64,000 nt of DNA. Origin: a virus. Every line of letters begins with the position of its first letter. Position 1 is the stretch's first letter. A model generated the notes under the pieces. It had not been told where the DNA came from and did no database searches. It was given only the letters and a program-made list of their open reading frames with translations. Where the stretch lies: IMG/VR virus record IMGVR_UViG_3300036770_003016; one strand, given 5' to 3'. Of the stretch, positions 57,339 through 64,000 are shown one piece after another. The translations under genes and the position numbers were made by a program.

Positions 57339-57716
57339 TTATAGAATGGACGGGATCTCATTCTGGTTTGTTTTCTGATTTTCAATTGTTTTCCTTAAGT
57401 CTTTGAGTGCATCAATGGCCAGTCTGGGATACTCACCTAGGTATGTACCTGCCTCTAGTGTAGACTGATCTAGGAATACTTTATGGGGATGGGTTATATT
57501 GTCGTAATTCTCTAGTATAAAGGTTGCCAGTTTATCAAAGGTGGTATCTGATATAATTGGATCATCTTCTTTATAATAGGCATATGCAGCCATGATATAA
57601 TAAGGTACGGACAGGTTTATGGACTTACGCATATTCTTGTCCATATAGATTTCATAGTCATTCATAATGTAATGTATCCAAGAATATAGGTTAATATGGC
57701 ACCGGCGGTTGCCCAT
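57339..57716 (-). CDS. Stand-alone NAD+-dependent DNA ligase domain Ia
   Basis: AYAYYKEDDPIISDTTFD.L; start probably MNDYE. Confidence 0.75.
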   Translation of the reverse strand: MGNRRCHINLYSWIHYIMNDYEIYMDKNMRKSINLSVPYYIMAAYAYYKEDDPIISDTTFDKLATFILENYDNITHPHKVFLDQSTLEAGTYLGEYPRLAIDALKDLRKTIENQKTNQNEIPSIL

Positions 57717-57738
57717 GCCATATAGATCACGGTTTCTT

Positions 57739-57972
57739 TCATTCTACTCCGAACCGTCGTTTGATACGATCCTGATAGTATTCAGCATCTTGTCCGTCAT
57801 CATACACCGCATTAATACACTCCTGCACAATCAACTCGGCGAACTTTTCAATGTCATCTTTCTGAAATTTTACACTGTGACTCGTAATGAAATTACCATG
57901 ATGATCCATTGTTAGGTCACGATTCCAGTGCCCGCCACTTTGCTTGATCAAGTCTTGGATGCGTTCGTTCAT
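57739..57972 (-). CDS. MNERI-family small protein
   Basis: MNERIQDL..EKFAELIVQEC..FGVE. Confidence 0.7.
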   Translation of the reverse strand: MNERIQDLIKQSGGHWNRDLTMDHHGNFITSHSVKFQKDDIEKFAELIVQECINAVYDDGQDAEYYQDRIKRRFGVE

Positions 57973-58308
57973 TCTTTTGACCTCATCAACTCAAACAAAT
58001 CTCGTCCCAGTTTATTTTTGAATTCTTCCTCAGTCATATCCACAAGCACCTCTTTAGCCAGTTCCATGGGCAGTGCCACGGTTATCAGCATTTCTGGCTC
58101 AAAGGTATCGGGATTCCGTTTTATGTGTCTGCTGATCAGTCTCATTCTCCATCTCCTAAGTGTTCTTTAGATACTTGCTCTTTGGACACTGATCGCACGA
58201 TCACACCAGCATCCAGTTGTGCTTTCATGAAAGCCACCGCCTCTCGCCAAGACCCGAAAGTCTTGCTCGGGCAAGGCACTGTTGATCCATAGTGTACAGT
58301 ATATTGTT

Positions 58309-58509
58309 TCATCTGTCAACTCCAAAATGTTCTTTCAAAACATAGTTCACTTGATATCCGCCCATCTCATTGTCGAATAAAACATCACAACATTCCCGAA
58401 CAATCAACTCGGCGAACTTTTCTGTATCAAAGTAAGTGAAGCGGTTTAGACCCATAATGCCTGGTATAAGCCCAGCCTGTTCAGCAAGTTCTTGTATTCG
58501 TTCGTTCAT
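58309..58509 (-). CDS. MNERI-family small protein
   Basis: MNERIQELAEQAG..EKFAELIVREC..HFGV. Confidence 0.7.
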   Translation of the reverse strand: MNERIQELAEQAGLIPGIMGLNRFTYFDTEKFAELIVRECCDVLFDNEMGGYQVNYVLKEHFGVDR

Positions 58510-58693
58510 TATTCAACTCCAAACCACTTTCTAATCTTTTTAGCAAAATGACCACGAAGTATTTCATTGTCGAATACTAGAAAGATAGCAAATAAAAACA
58601 CCAATAGGATTGTGCCAAAGAACATATCAAATATCATAAAATATTCACCATTCGTTTATACATGTCAAGTTCTTTAATTCGTTCGTTCATTAT

Positions 58694-58897
58694 TCAACTC
58701 CTAATTTTATGATGCAGAAACCAATCCAACTGGCTAACTGCTTCATCGTGCCCATGCCATGCCAAATTATCCTGACATTCTCTGACAATCAACTCTGCGA
58801 ATTTTTCCAGTTCGTCTGAATAAAACTGATATACCCCAAGATTCTGTTTATGTGTAGAACCAGCCTGTTCAGCAAGTTCTCGTATTCGTTCGTTCAT
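58694..58897 (-). CDS. MNERI-family small protein
   Basis: MNERIRELAEQAG..EKFAELIVREC. Confidence 0.7.
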   Translation of the reverse strand: MNERIRELAEQAGSTHKQNLGVYQFYSDELEKFAELIVRECQDNLAWHGHDEAVSQLDWFLHHKIRS

Positions 58898-59164
58898 TCT
58901 TTCACTCCAAAAAATTGATTTACCTTCACCACTTGCAATAACATTCAAGGTTTGTCCAATTTTCATCATTTCATCTCAAACCGTTCGTAATCGGCATCTT
59001 CGACACCTTCTTCTTTTCTCAATTCTTCTATACGGGCCAATGCCTTTTCTCTTGAATCGTATACATTATCCCATACCGTACGACCAGTAAGACCGGCAAA
59101 ATCTGCTTCTTCGTAATATACTAAAAAGACATCCATAATCAACTCCTTCTATCAATTTAATACC

Positions 59165-59218
59165 ATTATATGACAAAAGGAGGCAAAAGTCAAGCATGAG
59201 TGTTGTTTTTATACAACA
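59165..59218 (-). promoter_or_regulatory. Early promoter with TGTTG-N8-CAACA box
   Basis: TTGACT-17-TATAAT; box 59201-59218. Confidence 0.75.
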
Positions 59219-59247
59219 CCCAATACCTGTATGATTTTAAAGGGGGA

Positions 59248-59658
59248 TTATGCTTCTTCTTGCTGCTGCGGAGGGGTATTATAAGGATAACGATCTCTTA
59301 TCTCTTGTACCTTAGTGGTCCAGTCATTCTCTGTTGCTTCGCCTCTTTGGTACTTAAAGAAAATAGGATCTGCTTCTCTTGTATAAGCTGCAGCACGAAA
59401 TGATTTAATTTCTTCGTCAGTATATACAATGGGCTCTACTGGTTTTTCTACCCATTCATTGTCTTTCCATTCATAATTAGACCCAGGAATGAGTGGCACT
59501 TGTATTGTGCCTTCTGGGTAGGATGCTAGAATTTCTGGTGTAACACCTGCGATTGCTTGCCAGTAACCAATTGATGGATGATAGAAACCAATTTCATTTG
59601 TAAATAATGAATCTAATTCTTCTTGTGTGGGATTAATTGTATTATCTTCTGTTTCCAT
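59248..59658 (-). CDS. Tail fibre chaperone-like protein
   Basis: R.AAY..EADP.FF..QRGE....W..KV.EI..RYP. Confidence 0.65.
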   Translation of the reverse strand: METEDNTINPTQEELDSLFTNEIGFYHPSIGYWQAIAGVTPEILASYPEGTIQVPLIPGSNYEWKDNEWVEKPVEPIVYTDEEIKSFRAAAYTREADPIFFKYQRGEATENDWTTKVQEIRDRYPYNTPPQQQEEA

Positions 59659-59661
59659 ATC

Positions 59662-60342
59662 TTATCTCAGTTCGTATACTTGTGAAAAGGCACCAGACAT
59701 ATTATAATAATGATTTCTTGGGACTATTACAGTTACATTATCTTGTTCGTTATCTAGTGAAGCATTATTCCATCCTACACTGTGCATGACGCTTAATGTA
59801 GCTCCGACATACACTCTTGCTTGATTTCCTGTAGTTTGTACTGCTATCATAATTGGTTTTGATGTTGTGTTTTGATAATTTACTCCTGCACTTCTAGAAT
59901 AAGGAGCCCATTCTTGATCTATTCCAATTCCATCTCTGTATATGGTTGTTGGTGCATCTCCACTATAACCATCACTTCTAAGTTCCCAAAATTGCTCCGA
60001 ACTATTTCCTTCTGAAAAAGTAGTATATGAATAAGTTGCTCCAACAGGAATGATCATGGCTCCGGCAGCATAATTTCCTCCTCCGCTGTTTGACGCAACA
60101 GCTATAGGGATTCCGATCCCATTTATAATAATATTAAGACCCGATGTGGATACAGTTGATCTAGTGGTATATACAGCAGCCATAATAGGTTTACCAGTAT
60201 CATTTACATAATTTACACCACGGGTTCTGGTTACTTGAACCCATCCTTGACCAACACCAATACCAGACTCTTTTGCTGCTGTTGATTGTCTTACATTATC
60301 TGGGAAAGTAATACCTAGAGTACCATCTAGAATAATTGGCAT
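59662..60342 (-). CDS. Tail-fibre tip-like protein with duplicated domain
   Basis: GIGVGQ.W...R..GVNY.N.T.KPIM..ELR occurs twice. Confidence 0.7.
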   Translation of the reverse strand: MPIILDGTLGITFPDNVRQSTAAKESGIGVGQGWVQVTRTRGVNYVNDTGKPIMAAVYTTRSTVSTSGLNIIINGIGIPIAVASNSGGGNYAAGAMIIPVGATYSYTTFSEGNSSEQFWELRSDGYSGDAPTTIYRDGIGIDQEWAPYSRSAGVNYQNTTSKPIMIAVQTTGNQARVYVGATLSVMHSVGWNNASLDNEQDNVTVIVPRNHYYNMSGAFSQVYELR

Positions 60343-60355
60343 TAATTAACTCCTG

Positions 60356-60769
60356 TTATGGACCAACAATTGCAACATATACTCTAGAAGCATCAACAGC
60401 TGTTGTTGGCAATGTGTTTAATTTAATATACACTCTTACTGATCCTGTTGATGGGGCTGTAGCACCAGCAACTTGCGGAAAAACACCATTATTTACAGTT
60501 GGAGAACCACCATTTGATTCTTGTACTGTTACAAGAACACAGTAATTTGAATTTGACATTGAGGTTGAAAAGTTTACCATATAATCGCCAACTCCAAGAT
60601 CCGAAACCCCAGCAATATTGTATTGTGATCTTACTCCTGCTAATCCTGTAGATACTAGAGTTCCATCAAAATTAACCCATGCTAAAATATTTGCCCTAAG
60701 TAACCTCTCTACTGGAGCTGTATATAAACCGTTTGTTGTGGTTAATGTATTGACTCTGAGTGTAGACAT
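60356..60769 (-). CDS. Tail-fibre tip-like small protein
   Basis: AWVNFDG, V.D.GVGDY.VNF. Confidence 0.65.
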   Translation of the reverse strand: MSTLRVNTLTTTNGLYTAPVERLLRANILAWVNFDGTLVSTGLAGVRSQYNIAGVSDLGVGDYMVNFSTSMSNSNYCVLVTVQESNGGSPTVNNGVFPQVAGATAPSTGSVRVYIKLNTLPTTAVDASRVYVAIVGP

Positions 60770-60771
60770 AT

Positions 60772-61020
60772 CTAAACCTGTATTGAGGTTTTAATTGCGT
60801 CTTTTAATTCTTGTTCACTTGTAGCATTAATCAATTCCTCAGTTTGTGTAGCATTTCTGAGTTTTTCTTTTTTCTGTACAATTTCTGCTTGTGCAGCAGT
60901 ATTTCCAGATTCAAGGGCCTTCATGTAATCGATGTCCAATTGACGAAAGAGAGGCTCTCTCTCGTTTCTTATATAACCCTTGGCAATCTCTCTTGCCTTA
61001 TTAATATCTGTTTTGATCAT
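60772..61020 (-). CDS. Fibre chaperone-like protein
   Basis: R.ER.PL...LDI.YM.ALE, K..LR.AT. Confidence 0.6.
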   Translation of the reverse strand: MIKTDINKAREIAKGYIRNEREPLFRQLDIDYMKALESGNTAAQAEIVQKKEKLRNATQTEELINATSEQELKDAIKTSIQV

Positions 61021-61262
61021 ATGTTTTCGCCTTCTCCAACTCCATCAGGATCACCTAGACTGTCTCTATCTATAACCCAAGCATCTCTGAATGTTCTATC
61101 TGTAGGGATTGTGCTAACTTCAACAATCCAGTATTCTCTACCAAAAGGGACTACTTTTTTACCCAAATCTCTCATTGTTAATGGAGAACCAGATGCAGGT
61201 GTGAATATTGATACTCCACCTTTGTCATTCTCATAAATTATTCGTTTACTTGTATCTGCCAT
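61017..61262 (-). CDS. Fibre chaperone-like protein
   Basis: IP.DR.FRDAW. Confidence 0.6.
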   Translation of the reverse strand: MADTSKRIIYENDKGGVSIFTPASGSPLTMRDLGKKVVPFGREYWIVEVSTIPTDRTFRDAWVIDRDSLGDPDGVGEGENI

Positions 61263-61270
61263 TTTATCTC

Positions 61271-61645
61271 CTATAGGTCAGAAATTATAGCCACATGTAT
61301 TTCGTTCATGTCAACCTGTGTAGCACCACCACTCAAATTAGCAATATATTGCACAACGAATCGTTTAGCATTAATTGTTTGACTAAATGTACTTGTATTT
61401 TCTATATGAGCAACCACACCATTTCTATGCGCCGCAGATGAAACCATAATATAATCTGTTGTTGGCATTGCTGGATTGAATCTTAGTGTATAATCTCCCA
61501 CACCATTGTCTGTAACTCCATCCAAACCAAATTTCTTCCGCTCAACTACAGTTCCAGTCTCAGCATTAATATATGCATAAGCTCTTATTTTTGCTAATCT
61601 GTTACCTAATCGATCTTCGTAGTTATCTGCTCTTATCGTTGACAT
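61271..61645 (-). CDS. Tail-fibre tip-like small protein
   Basis: Paralogue of 60356-60769 (DNGVGDYTLRF). Confidence 0.6.
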   Translation of the reverse strand: MSTIRADNYEDRLGNRLAKIRAYAYINAETGTVVERKKFGLDGVTDNGVGDYTLRFNPAMPTTDYIMVSSAAHRNGVVAHIENTSTFSQTINAKRFVVQYIANLSGGATQVDMNEIHVAIISDL

Positions 61646-61655
61646 AATTAAACCT

Positions 61656-61838
61656 TTAAATGATTACCCAGACAGCACCACTACTTATAGTAACAGTTAC
61701 ACCGCTATTTACAGTAATTGGCCCAATACTCATGGCATTATATGTAGTAGATACAGTTTGATTTGTGGTGACATTTTTAGCATTTTGCCAAAATATACCG
61801 TCTGAAACTACGGCACTGCTACCTAATGTTACTGGCAT
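61656..61838 (-). CDS. Small virion fibre-module protein
   Basis: NAMSIGPITVNSGVTVTI.SG..W; late promoter ATAAATA 61870-61864. Confidence 0.6.
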   Translation of the reverse strand: MPVTLGSSAVVSDGIFWQNAKNVTTNQTVSTTYNAMSIGPITVNSGVTVTISSGAVWVII

Positions 61839-61883
61839 GTTAAGACTCCTTATTCATTTTCTATATTTATGCCAGCCAGTATT

Positions 61884-62087
61884 CTACAAATCAACCACTA
61901 TTTTAATTGTAGAGGTAAAATCATTTGGATTCTTGGTATATGTAAAGGTTGGATTCTTTGATTCGATTATGTTCTTGGCCAGTTCATATGCCAATTGTCT
62001 CTTGACAGTATTTTTAATCTTATCGTCAGTCAATGCCATTTGCATGGTGCTTTCAGATATCACCATTCTGGATTCATATCTGGTCAT
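61884..62087 (-). CDS. Hypothetical protein
   Basis: ORF in - strand operon. Confidence 0.5.
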   Translation of the reverse strand: MTRYESRMVISESTMQMALTDDKIKNTVKRQLAYELAKNIIESKNPTFTYTKNPNDFTSTIKIVVDL

Positions 62088-62443
62088 TAATTGTACTCTC
62101 CATTCTCATTCTTCTTTGCCGGTTTCCGTCTCATCTTCCTACTTAAATTATATGTCCATTTTGAATAGATATGCCTTACACCTATAGTAATTCTAAGATA
62201 TGGTAGAGATGCACCAACATAGATTTCACTTAGGTCAATGCCACAATCAAGACCAAATGTTACTTGTTCCATAGTCCAGATATGAAAGATCAACCAATGC
62301 AATGAATACGCATTGGCATTAAATTCATCGCCAGGTCTAAATTTGTATCGTGGCACTAATGGGCAATAATCATTACACCATAGTTTATGAAGTGGATAAT
62401 TTTCCCACCAATCTTTGTCTCTATATGCTTTTGGTTCACTCAT
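62087..62443 (-). CDS. Hypothetical protein
   Basis: ORF in - strand operon. Confidence 0.55.
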   Translation of the reverse strand: MSEPKAYRDKDWWENYPLHKLWCNDYCPLVPRYKFRPGDEFNANAYSLHWLIFHIWTMEQVTFGLDCGIDLSEIYVGASLPYLRITIGVRHIYSKWTYNLSRKMRRKPAKKNENGEYN

Positions 62444-62866
62444 TTATACACTCATTTCAAATTTAAAGTCATCAGGATCATCAACAAGCATAGATTCTTT
62501 AACTTCGGTCCATTTACCATCAATGCGAATTTCTATCTTAGTATTCATAGCCATTTCTCTGGCAACTTTTGCATCAAGATCGGCAAGCATTCCAAGTCTT
62601 CGCATTGCTTCCATCTTATTCCATGTTTGAAATTCAGGGGTCTTTACCATTTTAGTAAAAGCATCAATACGATTGTCTAACTGACTTCTAGTAGCCTCGG
62701 AATATCCTCTAGCACCAGATGGACGGTGACTACAATGTACTGCCGATGAAGTCTTGTTTCGTTTTTGACCACCAGCACCTGTTCCTTTTGTATATGACCA
62801 CTCACAATCATTTTTAGTTACTGAGAATAATAATTCTTTAGATTTATTCATACCAATTTCTCCCAA
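62444..62866 (-). CDS. Codon-independent release factor / peptidyl-tRNA hydrolase (ArfB/PrfH-like GGQ domain)
   Basis: KGTGAGGQKRNKTSSAV..H..SG, RSQ..N. Confidence 0.85.
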   Translation of the reverse strand: MGEIGMNKSKELLFSVTKNDCEWSYTKGTGAGGQKRNKTSSAVHCSHRPSGARGYSEATRSQLDNRIDAFTKMVKTPEFQTWNKMEAMRRLGMLADLDAKVAREMAMNTKIEIRIDGKWTEVKESMLVDDPDDFKFEMSV

Positions 62867-63216
62867 TCTGTATCAAATGGCAATACTTCTGCTTTAGTCC
62901 TATCAATTATACTCTGTAGAATTCCTTGAGTGTACGCTGTAGTACGATAGCAATTCTCTCTTGCTGGTACTGTATAGACTGAACCAGAGTGTCCAGTAAT
63001 CTCATATGCTATTGGTAGAGTCTTTGGACCATGTGTCATCTGAAATACTTTTTCTACCTTCTTAATACCAGTAATACCAGAATTGAGTCTCCATGAATCC
63101 CCATTTGCATAGCCACCAACCCATGACGAAAATAGTTTGTAGATAGTTTCTGTTGGAGTAACTATTCTAATCACTTGCCAATAGTCTGGTGCGTACTCAT
63201 TCATTTTCTTTCCCAT
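62848..63216 (-). CDS. Conserved phage hypothetical protein
   Basis: PD.W, W.GGY..GDSWRLNSGI, G.SGS.Y. Confidence 0.7.
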   Translation of the reverse strand: MGKKMNEYAPDYWQVIRIVTPTETIYKLFSSWVGGYANGDSWRLNSGITGIKKVEKVFQMTHGPKTLPIAYEITGHSGSVYTVPARENCYRTTAYTQGILQSIIDRTKAEVLPFDTDWEKLV

Positions 63217-63386
63217 TTCGTAGAGCCATCTTGTTGTTGTTTAAGTTCTACAATAATCTTACCATTAAGAGCATCAATCTGACCTTGGCGATAAATGTAA
63301 GTATTTTCTGGGAACAATTCAGAAGCAATAACAATTAACCAAATACCGGCAGTGATACCAATTATGAAAAATGTGAAATTATTCAC
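63201..63386 (-). CDS. Small membrane protein
   Basis: N-terminal TM; Y.QGQIDAL.GK. Confidence 0.55.
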   Translation of the reverse strand: MNNFTFFIIGITAGIWLIVIASELFPENTYIYRQGQIDALNGKIIVELKQQQDGSTKWERK

Positions 63387-63810
63387 GGTTCTTTTCCTTT
63401 AGTTTGGCTTCGATAGCACGGGCAAAGTCTTTGAAGTCGTTTAAATCAAACTCGTTGTGACAATAAGGTACTGTCTGGTCAAACTCTTCCTCCGTCAGCC
63501 CAACCCATTCACGCTTTGGCTGAGGTGAGTCAATACCAATGCAAGCATTATCGATTAGTGCAAACATTTCTTGCATGGATGCTAAACTCATGTCTAATCT
63601 GACGGAAGCTGCAAATGCTATATTTCGAGCGCATAACTTCATTTGCTCTGACAACTCTTTTCCTTTGCCCGCCGCAGGCTCTTGCTTCTCTGCCTGCTCG
63701 ATGGCTTGTCGTAGTGCTGATGCTGCATTGTGTGTTTTGTAAGTATCACCACAATCCAAAGATTCCAAAGCCTCCAACGCCATCTCTGCTGCTTTGCGTA
63801 GGTCAGTCAT
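63379..63810 (-). CDS. Hypothetical protein (mosaic phage family)
   Basis: ALEALE..ALRQAI.Q..QEP; REWVGLT.EE; FARAIEAKLKEKN. Confidence 0.65.
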   Translation of the reverse strand: MTDLRKAAEMALEALESLDCGDTYKTHNAASALRQAIEQAEKQEPAAGKGKELSEQMKLCARNIAFAASVRLDMSLASMQEMFALIDNACIGIDSPQPKREWVGLTEEEFDQTVPYCHNEFDLNDFKDFARAIEAKLKEKNRE

Positions 63811-64000
63811 TTCAAACTCCTTGCTCGTATGGCGTCGGCCAATTCAGCCGGGTGCGTTGATTTGTCGGCGTCATCACACACCTTCGCACACGCCTCACGC
63901 TCTTGTTCAATAGCTTTGTCAACAACATCTTTCCCATAAACCTTGGATTCGGAGTAATACAGCTTCCCCGCCATATCCAGCCTTATTTTTATTGACTTTC

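Noticed and set aside
1-64000. Stop-codon reassignment
   Set aside because: Core genes are full length in the standard code and no suppressor-anticodon tRNA was found.

Overview
A 64-kb segment of a large AT-rich T4-like myovirus genome. A betaproteobacterial host is inferred from the tmRNA tag ANDERFALAA. From left to right: (1) a baseplate/tail module (gp7-, gp6-, gp25-, split gp5-, gp27-, gp53-, gp48-, gp4-, gp2-, gp54-, gp26/gp51-like genes and a lysozyme-bearing tape-measure candidate); (2) gp32/gp59/gp33; (3) accessory genes including a circularly permuted two-piece tmRNA, heme oxygenase, MazG, ClpP and RNase H; (4) an ADP-heptose/glycosyltransferase cluster; (5) a tRNA array (24 canonical tRNAs at 41.5-46.1 kb plus one at 34.7 kb) interleaved with many non-canonical CCA-ended RNAs and conserved hairpin cassettes; (6) tail-fibre genes; (7) an iteron/poly-G locus; (8) early genes with palindromic operators; (9) an ADP-ribosyltransferase next to a stand-alone ligase Ia domain; (10) a GGQ release factor. 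The most notable unexplained structures are a putative translation-sensing attenuator (38-aa leader peptide using 19 amino acids, plus mutually exclusive antiterminator/terminator and boxA) in front of the tRNA array, and a family of CCA...TGG-closed hairpin cassettes with variable interiors, whose stem motif recurs in the tmRNA intervening segment. All calls are from reading the sequence; no searches were run.
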